From Clostridia bacterium (GTDB taxonomy: Bacteria > Bacillota > Clostridia > UMGS1883), in the NCBI GenBank assembly GCA_045594665.1, contig JAZNYX010000062.1, forward strand, positions 98,460 through 162,459: a stretch of 64,000 bases of DNA, written 5' to 3'. Shown piece by piece: positions 18,037 to 28,183 of this stretch. A program made the translations under genes and the position numbers. Each line of letters begins with the position of its first letter. Position 1 is the first letter of the stretch. The notes beneath the pieces are model-generated. The model worked only from the letters and a program-made list of their open reading frames with translations, searched no databases and was not told where the DNA came from.

Positions 18037-18145
18037 TGGGTCCGGGGAATCGGAACCCCGGCGGTTTTGGTCCTTTTGGCGGCAAAAGGACATGTCTCTC
18101 ATCGGCACCGATGGAAATGCTTGCAACAAGCCTGTAAGCGGTAGC

Positions 18146-18985
18146 TTATCTCTTATATTCATTATATATATCGCGCTTACTTACGCCGCGATCCTTTGCG
18201 GTCTTTTTCAGGGCTTCCTTTTCGTCAATTCCCTGATTTATGTACATTTCCACATGCTCGGAAACGGACATTTTCTGCCATGCGGCTTCTCTTTCAGCCT
18301 CTATATCCTCGCTCTTTTTTCCCTCGATAACAATAACAAATTCGCCCCGAGGCGGATTTTCTTCATATTTATTTATGGCATCGGAAATGGTTGTGCGTAC
18401 AAATTCCTCGTGGATTTTGGTTATTTCGCGGCAAAGTGCTATCCGCCTGTCACCCAAAATTCCCAGCATATCACGAAGCGTAGAAAGAAGCTTATGGGGT
18501 GCTTCGTAAAAAATCATGGTACGCTGTTCTTCGGAAAGGGATTTAAGATGCTCCGTTCTGCCTCTTTTATTCACCGTAAGAAAGCCCTCAAAGGTAAAGC
18601 GTTGTGTAGAAAATCCGCTTGAAATAAGGGCGTTTATCCCTGCAACCGCACCGGGAACGGGGACAACGTCAATTTCCGCTTCTATGCACATTTTCACCAA
18701 ATCCTCACCGGGGTCACTTACGGCAGGAGTGCCGGCATCACTTACAAGGGCAATGTTTTTTCCCTTTTTCATTTCGGAAATAAGGTACTCTCCCTTTTCC
18801 TTTTTATTATGCTCAAAGTAACTGGTCAGCGGTTTTTCTATATCAAGGTGGTTTAACAGCCCCAAGGTTCTTCGTGTATCCTCCGCCGCAATAAGGTCAA
18901 CACTCCTTAAGGTTTCCACACATCTGTATGTAATATCACCCAAATTTCCTATGGGTGTGGCACATAAATATAATTTTCCGTTCAT
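18146..18985 (-). CDS. rsmI: 16S rRNA (cytidine1402-2'-O)-methyltransferase RsmI
   Basis: 279 aa; LYLCATPIGNLGDIT... tetrapyrrole-methylase fold typical of RsmI. Confidence 0.85.
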   Translation of the reverse strand: MNGKLYLCATPIGNLGDITYRCVETLRSVDLIAAEDTRRTLGLLNHLDIEKPLTSYFEHNKKEKGEYLISEMKKGKNIALVSDAGTPAVSDPGEDLVKMCIEAEIDVVPVPGAVAGINALISSGFSTQRFTFEGFLTVNKRGRTEHLKSLSEEQRTMIFYEAPHKLLSTLRDMLGILGDRRIALCREITKIHEEFVRTTISDAINKYEENPPRGEFVIVIEGKKSEDIEAEREAAWQKMSVSEHVEMYINQGIDEKEALKKTAKDRGVSKRDIYNEYKR

Positions 18986-18997
18986 AACAAATATCCT

Positions 18998-19717
18998 TTA
19001 TTTTAATGATTGTATATAGTTTCCGTCCCTGTCGTACATAAAAACGGCACTCTCAAGCTTAAGCTGAGGCTTTCCATCGAGCGCTCCCTCAATTAAAATC
19101 AGATTTGCCGCCTTTCCCTCGGAGGGGTACACCACGCTGAGGCGCTTGGGCTCAATTTTATATTTTCTGAAAGCTGATATGACATCGCACATGCGGTCAG
19201 CCCTGTGCACCATAAAAAGCTTGCCTCCCGATTTAAGCACTGCCGCCGCACTTTTTACCACTCCGTCCAGAGTGCAGGCAATTTCGTGGCGTGCTATGGC
19301 AAGGGCATCCTTGGGATTTACGATTCCTCCCCCTGCGTTCATATAAGGGGGATTGCAGGTAACCGCATCAAAGACATGCTTCCCGAAAAGTGTGGGGGCA
19401 TCGTTGAGGTCTGCATTATGTACGATTATCTTATCCGACAGATTGTTAATCTCCATAGTCCGCTTTGCCATATTGCTTACTTCGGGGACGATTTCCACCG
19501 CATCAATAGAAGAAGGCTCCTGCATTCCCCACAAAAGCACGGGGATAATCCCTGTTCCCGTACACATATCCAGCACCCTTGCCCCTTTTTTAAGCTTTAC
19601 AAACCTTGAAAGAAGCACCGCATCACTTCCGAAGCAAAAGCCGTCCTTATTTTGTATTATTTTATATCCTTTAAGACCTAAGTCCTCTACTTTTTCATTA
19701 TCTAAAATTAAATCCAT
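18998..19717 (-). CDS. tRNA (adenine37-N6)-methyltransferase TrmN6/YfiC-like (small methyltransferase domain, NPPY)
   Basis: 239 aa; LDMCTGTGII SAM motif and CNPPYM catalytic motif. Confidence 0.7.
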   Translation of the reverse strand: MDLILDNEKVEDLGLKGYKIIQNKDGFCFGSDAVLLSRFVKLKKGARVLDMCTGTGIIPVLLWGMQEPSSIDAVEIVPEVSNMAKRTMEINNLSDKIIVHNADLNDAPTLFGKHVFDAVTCNPPYMNAGGGIVNPKDALAIARHEIACTLDGVVKSAAAVLKSGGKLFMVHRADRMCDVISAFRKYKIEPKRLSVVYPSEGKAANLILIEGALDGKPQLKLESAVFMYDRDGNYIQSLK

Positions 19718-19740
19718 TTTTTTGCTCCTTTTCAGAAAGT

Positions 19741-19775
19741 AAAAGCCGCCGAAAAATTTCAGCGGCTTTTCTTTC
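19741..19775 (-). terminator. rho-independent terminator downstream of the ferredoxin gene
   Basis: aaagccgc-tgaaatttttc-gcggcttt hairpin. Confidence 0.55.
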
Positions 19776-19786
19776 TTAATCTCCGA

Positions 19787-19960
19787 TTATTCAGCGGGGT
19801 TGGGAGCTGCAACAGGGCATACACCTGCACAAGCACCACACTCGATGCAAGCATCAGCGTCGATTTCGTACTTTCCGTCGCACTCTTTAATGCATTCTAC
19901 GGGGCACTCACCTGCGCAAGCACCGCAGCCGATGCACTCTTCGTTAATAATATAAGCCAT
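19787..19960 (-). CDS. fdx: 2x[4Fe-4S] clostridial-type ferredoxin (57 aa)
   Basis: Manual translation gives MAYIINEECIGCGACAGECPVECIKECDGKYEIDADACIECGACAGVCPVAAPNPAE, with two CxxCxxCxxxCP motifs. AGAGGTG ribosome-binding site; -35/-10 promoter upstream. Below the ORF-track length cutoff. Confidence 0.8.
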   Translation of the reverse strand: MAYIINEECIGCGACAGECPVECIKECDGKYEIDADACIECGACAGVCPVAAPNPAE

Positions 19961-20112
19961 TGTCTACACCTCTTTTACATAGATTCTACCTACATTGTAG
20001 CATAAAAATCGTAAATTTCAATAGTTTTTTTTGCTTTTATGCGGTTTTTGCTTGAATATGGCGGTTTTTTTATATATAATATAGGAAATAATCATATGAT
20101 GGGATAGTGTTG

Positions 20113-21180
20113 ATGATGAAAACATTCAAAAAAATTCTTAACCACATTTTTATTGATGGCCTCAGCGGTATGGCATACGGTCTTTTTGCCACGCTGATTG
20201 TGGGAACGATTCTCACGCAGATAAGCACATTTATCGGCGGTAGCGTCGGTAATTTCCTTTTTGTGTTCGGTAAGGTTGCGTCCCTTCTGACAGGTGCAGG
20301 AATCGGTGTGGGCGTGGCATGTAAATTCCATTCATCCCAGCTTACTACCGTAAGTGCCGCAGTTACAGGTATGATTGGTGCTTATGCAGGAAAAATCCTT
20401 GCAGGCACATTTTTCGTAGAAGGTGCATTTGCCATCACTCCCCCGGGAGAGCCGGTAGGTGCATTTCTGGCGGCATATACTGCAATTCTTGTAGGAAAGC
20501 TTGTAAGCGGTAAAACCAAAGTTGACATAATCGTAACTCCCGTTTGTTGCATTGTTTCGGGTGCGACGATCGGACTTCTTGCAGGACCACCTATTTCGGA
20601 GTTCATGGCAGACCTTGGCGGAATGGTAAACTGGGGCGTTGAACAGAATCCCTTCGTAATGGGCATTGTAGTCAGCGTTCTTATGGGAATGTTCCTCACT
20701 CTCCCTATAAGCTCCGCGGCAATCGGTGTTGCACTTAAGTTAAGCGGTCTTGCGGCAGGTGCGGCAACGGTTGGCTGCTGTGCAAATATGATTGGCTTTG
20801 CCGTATGCAGTTACAGGGAAAACAAGGTAGGAGGTCTTTTTGCACAGGGATTAGGTACAAGCATGCTCCAGATTCCCAATATTGTGAGGCATCCGCAAAT
20901 ATGGATTCCTTCCATATTTGCAAGTGCGGTGCTTGGCCCCATTTCCACAATAGTATTCAAAATGCAGAGTAACCCCGTGGGTAGCGGTATGGGTACGGCA
21001 GGTCTCGTAGGTCCTATATCCAGTTTTGAAGTGATGTCTTCTTATATGAATCCCTTAACCGCACTCTTATATAATATTCTGATGTATTTTATCTTCCCTG
21101 CAATAATTTCCCTTGTAATTTCCGAAGGTATGCGGAAGCTCGGTATTATCAGGCAGGGCGATATGAAGCTTAATCTATGA
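20113..21180 (+). CDS. polytopic membrane protein, PTS EIIC_2-like family (putative)
   Basis: ~355 aa, Gly/Ala-rich transmembrane helices. Preceded by a TTGAAT-17-TATAAT promoter at 20053-20081. The family assignment is tentative. Confidence 0.35.
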   Translation: MMKTFKKILNHIFIDGLSGMAYGLFATLIVGTILTQISTFIGGSVGNFLFVFGKVASLLTGAGIGVGVACKFHSSQLTTVSAAVTGMIGAYAGKILAGTFFVEGAFAITPPGEPVGAFLAAYTAILVGKLVSGKTKVDIIVTPVCCIVSGATIGLLAGPPISEFMADLGGMVNWGVEQNPFVMGIVVSVLMGMFLTLPISSAAIGVALKLSGLAAGAATVGCCANMIGFAVCSYRENKVGGLFAQGLGTSMLQIPNIVRHPQIWIPSIFASAVLGPISTIVFKMQSNPVGSGMGTAGLVGPISSFEVMSSYMNPLTALLYNILMYFIFPAIISLVISEGMRKLGIIRQGDMKLNL

Positions 21181-22124
21181 TGAAAATAGGAAATGTATCT
21201 TTAAAAAACAATGTTTTTCTTGCCCCCATGGCAGGGGTTACGGACCTTGCGTTCCGAATTATATGCGACCGCTTCGGGGCAGGTCTTTCCTACACGGAAA
21301 TGGTCAGTGCAAAGGCACTTTCATTTTCCGATAAAAAGACAAACGCCCTCATGCAGACGGATAATCTTCCCACGGCGGTACAGCTTTTCGGAAGCGATGC
21401 ATCCATAATGGCATCTGCCGTGTGCGAGGTGGAAAAGCACGGACTTTTCACCGATATAAACATGGGCTGTCCTGCACCAAAAATTGCAGGCAATGGCGAG
21501 GGAAGCGCCCTCATGCGCGACCTTGACAAAGCGGAAAAAATAATCGGCTCGGTATGCGATAAAGCAACAAAGCCCGTCACCGTAAAAATGCGAAGCGGCT
21601 GGGACAGTGAGCATATAAACGCCGTGGAGCTTGCACGTATTGCCCAAAACTGTGGGGCGGCGGCAGTAACCGTTCATGGGAGAACCCGTGAGCAGTATTA
21701 CAGCGGAAAAGCCGACAGGAGCGTTATCCGAAAGGTGTGCGAGGCGGTAAGTATCCCCGTTATTGCAAACGGCGATATATTTTGTGCCGAGGACGCACAA
21801 AGTATGCTTTCCGAAACAGGGGCGGCAGCCGTTATGATTGGCAGGGGCAGTCAGGGAAACCCGTGGATTTTCAGGCAGATAATCGAGCTTTTTGAGGAAG
21901 GTGAGGTTAAAACAAACCCCACTCCCGAGGAAAGAATTTCCATGGCGATTGAGCATATTACCCTGCTTTGCTCCCTTAAAGGAGAACACAGAGGTATTTT
22001 AGAGGCAAGAAAGCACGCCTCCTGGTATATCAAGGGGCTTAGCGGCGCAGCGCAGCTTCGTAATAAAATTAATACAGCTACCCGACTTCAGGAGATGAGC
22101 AGTATCTTACGGGAGCTTTTGTAA
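21177..22124 (+). CDS. dusB: tRNA-dihydrouridine synthase (Dus family)
   Basis: 315 aa; FLAPMAGVTD FMN-binding TIM-barrel signature. Confidence 0.85.
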   Translation: MMKIGNVSLKNNVFLAPMAGVTDLAFRIICDRFGAGLSYTEMVSAKALSFSDKKTNALMQTDNLPTAVQLFGSDASIMASAVCEVEKHGLFTDINMGCPAPKIAGNGEGSALMRDLDKAEKIIGSVCDKATKPVTVKMRSGWDSEHINAVELARIAQNCGAAAVTVHGRTREQYYSGKADRSVIRKVCEAVSIPVIANGDIFCAEDAQSMLSETGAAAVMIGRGSQGNPWIFRQIIELFEEGEVKTNPTPEERISMAIEHITLLCSLKGEHRGILEARKHASWYIKGLSGAAQLRNKINTATRLQEMSSILRELL

Positions 22125-22128
22125 AGGA

Positions 22129-22920
22129 ATGATTAAAATGCGTATAGCGATAAAAGTCGGAACATCTACTCTTGCCCACAGCACAGGGCATCTTAATATC
22201 CGCCATGTGGAGGATTTGTGCAAGGTTATAAGCGACCTTAAAAATGCGGGAAACGAGATAATCCTTATTTCTTCGGGTGCTATCGGCATGGGCGTGGGTA
22301 AGCTTTCGTTGGGAAAACGCCCCGAGGATATGCCCACAAAGCAGGCGGCTGCAGCAGTGGGTCAGTGCGAGCTGATGTATACATACGATAAGCTTTTCTC
22401 TGAATATAACCACACCGTGGCACAGCTTCTTATCACTTCTCCCGACATTTCCGAAAGCACAAGAAGCGAAAGAGGCGAAAATTTCCGCAATACCGTTCTC
22501 CGTCTTTTAGAGCTTGGCGCACTTCCAATTATTAATGAAAATGACACCGTGGCAACGGAAGAAATATCGGTGGGTGACAATGATACATTAAGCGCCCTTG
22601 TTGCACGTAGCTGTGATGCTGACCTGTTGGTACTCCTTTCCGATATTGACGGACTTTATACCGCCGACCCCCACACCACCCCCGATGCCCGGCTTCTTTC
22701 CGAGGTTTGTGCTATTACGCCTGAAATTATCGCCATGGCAGGCGGTAAGGGAAGCGATTTGGGAACGGGAGGCATGGCTACCAAAATCCGTGCGGCACAA
22801 ATCTGCACCGAAAGCGGAATAGATATGATTATTACAAACGGTGCAAATCCCTATGTCCTCTACGATATAGCAGACGGAAAAAGCATAGGAACAAGATTTA
22901 TTAAGCAAGGTGAAAAATAA
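22129..22920 (+). CDS. proB: glutamate 5-kinase (short form without PUA domain)
   Basis: 263 aa amino-acid kinase fold (KVGTS...SSGAIG...). Confidence 0.85.
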   Translation: MIKMRIAIKVGTSTLAHSTGHLNIRHVEDLCKVISDLKNAGNEIILISSGAIGMGVGKLSLGKRPEDMPTKQAAAAVGQCELMYTYDKLFSEYNHTVAQLLITSPDISESTRSERGENFRNTVLRLLELGALPIINENDTVATEEISVGDNDTLSALVARSCDADLLVLLSDIDGLYTADPHTTPDARLLSEVCAITPEIIAMAGGKGSDLGTGGMATKIRAAQICTESGIDMIITNGANPYVLYDIADGKSIGTRFIKQGEK

Positions 22921-22922
22921 AT

Positions 22923-24170
22923 ATGACAACCAGACAGATACTTGAAAATGCCAAGGCGGCAAAGCTTAGTGCCATGCTCCTTGATACAGATACAAAAAAT
23001 AATGCCCTTCTTTGCATGGCGGATAAGCTTGTTGAGCATACCGATAAAATCCTTTCTGCAAACAGTGTTGATGTGGAAAAGGCAAGGGGAATAATTTCCG
23101 ATGTAATGATTGACCGCCTTTCTCTTTCCAAAGAAAGAATTGCCGCCATGGCACAGGGAATCCGTGACGTGGCATCACTTCCTGACCCTGTGGGGCAGGT
23201 CTTGGAAAGGGTGGAGCGTGAAAACGGACTTGTAATTGAAAAAACCTCTGTTCCCATCGGCGTTACGGCAATAATTTACGAAAGCCGCCCCAATGTAACA
23301 AGCGATGCGGCGGCACTTTCCCTTAAAAGCGGCAACGTGTGCGTGCTTCGCGGGGGGAAAGAGGCATATAACAGCGCAAAAGCCATTGTGGATGCGCTAA
23401 GGGAGGCTCTTTCAGAGTGTAATCTCTCGGAAAATCTGATCAACCTCGTGTCCGACACCACACGTCAAAGCGCAACAGAACTTATGACGGCTGTGGGATA
23501 CGTAGACCTTCTTATTCCTCGTGGTGGAGCAGGTCTTATAAACGCCTGTCTTGAAAACGCAAAGGTTCCCTGTATTCAGACGGGTACGGGGATTTGCCAT
23601 ATTTTTGTTGACGAAAGTGCCGATTTTGAAATGGCACTGGGCATTATAGAAAATGCTAAAACAAGCCGTCCCTCCGTGTGCAATGCGGCTGAAAGCTTGC
23701 TTGTACATAAAAATATTGCAAAGGCTTTTCTTCCTTTGGTAAAAGAAAGACTCTTTGATAACCGAGAGGAAAATCCCGTGGAGCTTCGCTGTGACGAAAA
23801 GGCTTATGAAATTTTAGGCACGAAAAAAGCTTCTCCGGAAGATTTTGACACAGAATTTCTTGACTACATCTTAGCCGTAAGCGTGACGGAGGACGTAAGA
23901 AGTGCCATAGAGCACATTGCACTTCATTCCACGGGGCACAGCGAAAGCATTATTACAAAAAGCGAGGAAAACGCGAAAATCTTTACTGCGGCGGTTGACA
24001 GCTCCTCAGTTTATGTAAATGCCTCCACCCGTTTTACCGACGGAGGCGAATTCGGACTTGGCTGTGAAATGGGAATTTCCACCCAGAAGCTTCACGCAAG
24101 AGGTCCGATGGGACTAAGAGAGCTGAACACATACAAGTATATAATAAAAGGAAACGGACAAGTAAGATAA
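22923..24170 (+). CDS. proA: gamma-glutamyl phosphate reductase
   Basis: 415 aa aldehyde dehydrogenase-fold protein in proB-proA-proC order. Confidence 0.85.
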   Translation: MTTRQILENAKAAKLSAMLLDTDTKNNALLCMADKLVEHTDKILSANSVDVEKARGIISDVMIDRLSLSKERIAAMAQGIRDVASLPDPVGQVLERVERENGLVIEKTSVPIGVTAIIYESRPNVTSDAAALSLKSGNVCVLRGGKEAYNSAKAIVDALREALSECNLSENLINLVSDTTRQSATELMTAVGYVDLLIPRGGAGLINACLENAKVPCIQTGTGICHIFVDESADFEMALGIIENAKTSRPSVCNAAESLLVHKNIAKAFLPLVKERLFDNREENPVELRCDEKAYEILGTKKASPEDFDTEFLDYILAVSVTEDVRSAIEHIALHSTGHSESIITKSEENAKIFTAAVDSSSVYVNASTRFTDGGEFGLGCEMGISTQKLHARGPMGLRELNTYKYIIKGNGQVR

Positions 24171-24176
24171 GGGGGA

Positions 24177-24989
24177 TTGATTAACATGTACACTGCAGGT
24201 TTTATAGGCTGCGGCAATATGGGCGGTGCTCTGGCAAGCGCGGCGGCAAAGGCAATAGGCGGAGAAAGGGTTTACCTTTCTGACTTTTTAGAGGAAAAAG
24301 CAATTGCATTAAGCCGTGAAACAGGAGCAAACAAAGCCTCCAATGATGATATTGCGAAAAATTGCAAATACATTTTTTTAGGTGTTAAACCCCAGGTTAT
24401 ATTCAATACAATTTCCGAAATTGCCCCTGCTTTAAAGAACCGAAGTGACCGCTTCGTTGTGGTTTCCATGGCGGCAGGTATCAGCATCGGTGCAATTAAG
24501 GAGGCTTTCGGAACTGAGGTCCCCGTTATCCGCATTATGCCCAACACCCCCGCATCTGTGGGAAAGGGCGTAATCCTTTATTCATTGGACGGAGAAATCA
24601 CAGAAGATGAGGAAAAGGAATTTTGCGAAATCTTCTCCCTTGCAGGCATCACCGACAAAATTGATGAAAAGCTTATTGACGCAGCAAGCGCACTTTCGGG
24701 ATGCGGCCCTGCCTTTGTATATCTCTTTATTGAGGCACTTGCCGATGGCGCTGTAGATTGCGGACTCCCCAGGGATAAGGCTCTTTCCTATGCGGCAAAC
24801 ACGGTTTTGGGTGCGGCACAAATGGTTATTGACAGCAAAAAGCACCCCGGAGAGCTGAAGGACAATGTCTGCTCCCCCGGAGGAACAACCATTGAGGGAG
24901 TACGTGCACTTGAGGATGGCGGTTTCAGGGCAAATGCAATGAATGCTGTGATAAAAGCATACGAAAAAACCTTGAAATTAAAGAAATAA
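24177..24989 (+). CDS. proC: pyrroline-5-carboxylate reductase
   Basis: 270 aa; GFIGCGNMGGAL Rossmann motif and P5CR dimerisation domain. Confidence 0.85.
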   Translation: MINMYTAGFIGCGNMGGALASAAAKAIGGERVYLSDFLEEKAIALSRETGANKASNDDIAKNCKYIFLGVKPQVIFNTISEIAPALKNRSDRFVVVSMAAGISIGAIKEAFGTEVPVIRIMPNTPASVGKGVILYSLDGEITEDEEKEFCEIFSLAGITDKIDEKLIDAASALSGCGPAFVYLFIEALADGAVDCGLPRDKALSYAANTVLGAAQMVIDSKKHPGELKDNVCSPGGTTIEGVRALEDGGFRANAMNAVIKAYEKTLKLKK

Positions 24990-25084
24990 CGGCTTATTCT
25001 TTGTATATTTACAAAAAACACTTGCAAATTTATACATTTGTCATTATAATTAAAGGGTAATTTATAATATTGGAGGAAACAATT

Positions 25085-25882
25085 ATGAAAAAGATTCTCG
25101 CATTAATACTTGTTCTTGCACTTTCCGTATTTGCTTTTGCAGCTTGCTCAAGCGATGCAGACAAAAAGGGAAACGCAGACGAAAACAAAACCGAAGCTCC
25201 CGTTGAAAAGGAAGCTGAAATCGCAACTCTCAAAATGGCTACAAATGCCGCTTTCCCTCCCTATGAGTATAAGGAAGGCGAAAATTTCGTAGGTATCGAC
25301 GTTGAAATTGCTCGCGAAATCGCGAAGGCTCTTGGCTGTGAGCTTGAAATTATTGATATGGAATTTGATTCCATCATTACATCAGTTAACGCAGGCGAAG
25401 CTGATTTTGGTATGGCAGGAATGACTGTTACAGAAGACAGACTTAAAGAAGTTGACTTCTCCGACAGCTACGCTACGGGCGTTCAGTCAATCATCGTAAA
25501 GAGCGGCAGTGCTATCAAGACTCCCGACGACCTTGCAGATAAGAAAATCGGCGTTCAGCTCGGAACAACAGGCGATATTTACTCCTGCGACGATTTCGGT
25601 GAAGAAAACGTAACAAAGTTCAGCAAGGGTGCTGACGCTGTTTTGGCTCTTAAGGGCGGCGAGGTTGACGCTGTTATCATTGATAACGAGCCTGCAAAGG
25701 CATTCGTTGCGGCAAACGAAGGTCTTGAAATCCTCGGAACAGACTATGCAGTTGAAGATTACGCAATTGCAATCAAGAAGGGCAACACAGAGCTTCTTAC
25801 AAAAATCAATGATGCACTTGCAACCCTTTCTGAAAACGGTACTATTGATACAATTATCGGAAAATATATCTCCGCGAAATAA
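25085..25882 (+). CDS. amino-acid ABC transporter substrate-binding lipoprotein (SBP_bac_3)
   Basis: MKKILALILVLALSVFAFAACSS lipobox signal; periplasmic-binding family-3 fold. Confidence 0.8.
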   Translation: MKKILALILVLALSVFAFAACSSDADKKGNADENKTEAPVEKEAEIATLKMATNAAFPPYEYKEGENFVGIDVEIAREIAKALGCELEIIDMEFDSIITSVNAGEADFGMAGMTVTEDRLKEVDFSDSYATGVQSIIVKSGSAIKTPDDLADKKIGVQLGTTGDIYSCDDFGEENVTKFSKGADAVLALKGGEVDAVIIDNEPAKAFVAANEGLEILGTDYAVEDYAIAIKKGNTELLTKINDALATLSENGTIDTIIGKYISAK

Positions 25883-25904
25883 GATTTTTTATTAAAAGAC
25901 TCTT

Positions 25905-25955
25905 TTTCAAGAGGGGTGTAAAGAAAGCATAGACTTTTTTTACACCCTCTCTTGG
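25905..25955 (+). terminator. intra-operon hairpin/attenuating terminator between the binding-protein and permease genes
   Basis: aagaggggtgtaaagaaagcatagactttttttacaccctctctt + ggctttttt. Confidence 0.5.
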
Positions 25956-25988
25956 CTTTTTTATCAGAAACTTGAAAGGCGGTATACT

Positions 25989-27362
25989 ATGTCCGCAAAA
26001 AAGAAAATTATTATAAGCTTAATATCCTTGATTGTTGCAATAGGCTTGATTTTCACGGGAATATATGCACTAAACAGCAGTTCAAAGGCAGACGAAACAA
26101 ATATAGCTGCTGTAGAGGCTTTTGTAAACGAAGAATTTGACAAAATTGCCGTTTCCCAAATTGCAAAGCTGCTTGCAGAAAAAAACTCAATCACGGTTTA
26201 TAAACTTTCCTACGGAAACCGGAAAGACATTACGTTGGAGTGCAGTGTAGAAACGGTGGATTTACATACGCTTCTTTCTCCCCATTATGATGAATTCCTC
26301 GGAACTTCTCCCAAAAAAGCCACAGGTATGTATAAATCAAAATCAGACCTTGACAGGGAGTTTCGTGAAAAACTTACCGCTCTTATCGAGGACTCGACTA
26401 CAACCGAGCAAAGCTGTACGCTTACCCTTTATCAGACAGATTCGGGGCTTAAAATATATGCAGATAAGGAAACGGCAGATTTTATCTACGGCGGAATCGA
26501 TAAAATAAGGGAAGAAGTTCTTAATAAAACCCATTATACTGATTCTGACGGTACAAAGAAAGAAATCGGCTCTACAAATATTACACGCGGACTTGTTGAG
26601 TGCTTTAAGCTCAGCTATGACGACCGTGTTCCCGACACAGGAAGCCGCATTGTAAGAATGTGGAACAGTTTTAAATACGACTTTAACCGCATTTTTATAG
26701 AGCATGCACGCTGGAAATCAATTTTCACAGGCCTGTGGGTTACTCTTAAGCTTACTTTCTTCGCACTTATAATAGGTATCTTCCTGGGCTTTTTGGTTGC
26801 ATTTATAAGATGCACCGCCATAAAGCTTAAAAAGAAGAATTTCTTTTTATCTCTGCTTGATTTAATCTGCAAGCTTTATATTTCAATAATCCGCGGAACG
26901 CCCGCCATGGTACAGATAATGATTATTTATTTCGTTCTCTTTATGCCTATGGGGGTAAGCAAGTTTATTGCGGCGGTTGTGTGCTTCGGTCTTAATTCGG
27001 GTGCATATGTTGCAGAAATTGTCCGCGGCGGAATTATGAGCGTAGATGAGGGGCAGACGGAGGCAGGAAGAAGCCTCGGTTTTGGATATATGTCGACCAT
27101 GTTCTATATCATTCTTCCCCAGGCATTTAAGGCAGTTCTCCCTGCTTTGGCAAACGAGTTCATTGTGCTTCTGAAAGAAACCTCCATTGCGTTCTATATC
27201 GGTCTTGGCGATTTGATGTACTCAGTAAACGCAATCCGTGCGGCAACCTATACCCAGTTTATGCCTCTTATTGCCGCTGCACTTATATATCTGGTACTTG
27301 TTTTGGTACTTAGTAAGCTTGTAAGCATATTGGAAAGGAGACTTAGAAATAATGAACGATAA
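25989..27362 (+). CDS. amino-acid ABC transporter permease (His/Glu/Gln/Arg family) with a ~230-aa N-terminal extracytoplasmic extension
   Basis: C-terminal half has the EAA-like loop ([20 protein letters not shown]). N-terminal half is a single transmembrane helix plus a soluble domain of unknown function. Confidence 0.75.
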   Translation: MSAKKKIIISLISLIVAIGLIFTGIYALNSSSKADETNIAAVEAFVNEEFDKIAVSQIAKLLAEKNSITVYKLSYGNRKDITLECSVETVDLHTLLSPHYDEFLGTSPKKATGMYKSKSDLDREFREKLTALIEDSTTTEQSCTLTLYQTDSGLKIYADKETADFIYGGIDKIREEVLNKTHYTDSDGTKKEIGSTNITRGLVECFKLSYDDRVPDTGSRIVRMWNSFKYDFNRIFIEHARWKSIFTGLWVTLKLTFFALIIGIFLGFLVAFIRCTAIKLKKKNFFLSLLDLICKLYISIIRGTPAMVQIMIIYFVLFMPMGVSKFIAAVVCFGLNSGAYVAEIVRGGIMSVDEGQTEAGRSLGFGYMSTMFYIILPQAFKAVLPALANEFIVLLKETSIAFYIGLGDLMYSVNAIRAATYTQFMPLIAAALIYLVLVLVLSKLVSILERRLRNNER

Positions 27363-28095
27363 TAAACCTGTTATTAAAACACAAAATCTCTCCAAATGCT
27401 TTAAAAGCACCATTCATGCCTTAAACAACGTAAACGCAGAAATAAAAAGAGGCGAGGTCGTTGTTGTAATAGGTCCTTCAGGAAGCGGAAAGTCCACTTT
27501 CCTGCGTTCTTTGACAAGGCTTGAAGAGCCTACGGGCGGGAATATATATTTTGATGATATTGATGTAACCGACTCTAAAACAGACCTTAACATGATTCGC
27601 AGAAGAATGGGTATGGTTTTCCAGCAGTTTAACCTTTTCCCTCATATGACGGTTCTGCGTAATATGACTCTTGCCCCCATGAAGCTTCTTAAAATGAGCA
27701 AGGCGGAGGCGGAGGAAAAAGCCCTTTCACTCCTAAAAAGAGTAGGTTTAGGCGACAGGGCAAATGCATACCCCTCCCAGCTTTCGGGCGGACAGAAGCA
27801 GAGAGTGGCAATTGTGCGTGCTCTGTGCATGAATCCCGAGGTGCTTCTTTTTGACGAACCTACAAGTGCTCTTGACCCCGAAATGGTAGGCGAAGTTCTT
27901 GATGTTATGAAGGAGCTTGCAAAAGAGGGTATGACAATGGTTGTAGTAACCCACGAAATGGGCTTTGCAAGGGAAGTTGCCGACACAGTAATCTTTATGG
28001 ATAACGGCGAGATATTGGCAAAAGGCACTCCCGAAGAAATTTTTGAAAAGAATGAAAACCAGAGACTGAGAGACTTTTTGAGAAAAGTATTGTAA
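27352..28095 (+). CDS. amino-acid ABC transporter ATP-binding protein
   Basis: Walker [20 protein letters not shown] signature, Walker [12 protein letters not shown]. Confidence 0.9.
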   Translation: MNDNKPVIKTQNLSKCFKSTIHALNNVNAEIKRGEVVVVIGPSGSGKSTFLRSLTRLEEPTGGNIYFDDIDVTDSKTDLNMIRRRMGMVFQQFNLFPHMTVLRNMTLAPMKLLKMSKAEAEEKALSLLKRVGLGDRANAYPSQLSGGQKQRVAIVRALCMNPEVLLFDEPTSALDPEMVGEVLDVMKELAKEGMTMVVVTHEMGFAREVADTVIFMDNGEILAKGTPEEIFEKNENQRLRDFLRKVL

Positions 28096-28107
28096 TTGAA
28101 TATTGAA

Positions 28108-28148
28108 CGAGGGTGTGAAAAACTTTGTTTTTCACACCCTCGTTTTCT
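28108..28148. terminator. bidirectional rho-independent terminator
   Basis: cgagggtgtgaaaaactttgtttttcacaccctcg flanked by T/A runs, between convergent genes. Confidence 0.65.
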
Positions 28149-28183
28149 TGAGGATTGCCAAGGGGTTCCCCCTTGTAAGCCGA

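Noticed and set aside
17360-18075. tmRNA (ssrA) or RNase P RNA hypothesis for the large non-coding region, because of T-arm-like hairpins
   Set aside because: There is no 5' GGGG / 3' acceptor-CCA pairing, no ANDENYALAA-type tag reading frame, and no RNase P P4 consensus (AGGAAAGTCCGGGCTCC). The T-arm-like hairpins occur in both orientations.
17905-18162. 85-aa ORF overlapping the rsmI 3' end and family-2 element
   Set aside because: Pro/Arg-rich composition, overlaps structured repeat DNA and the rsmI terminus, and has no ribosome-binding site.
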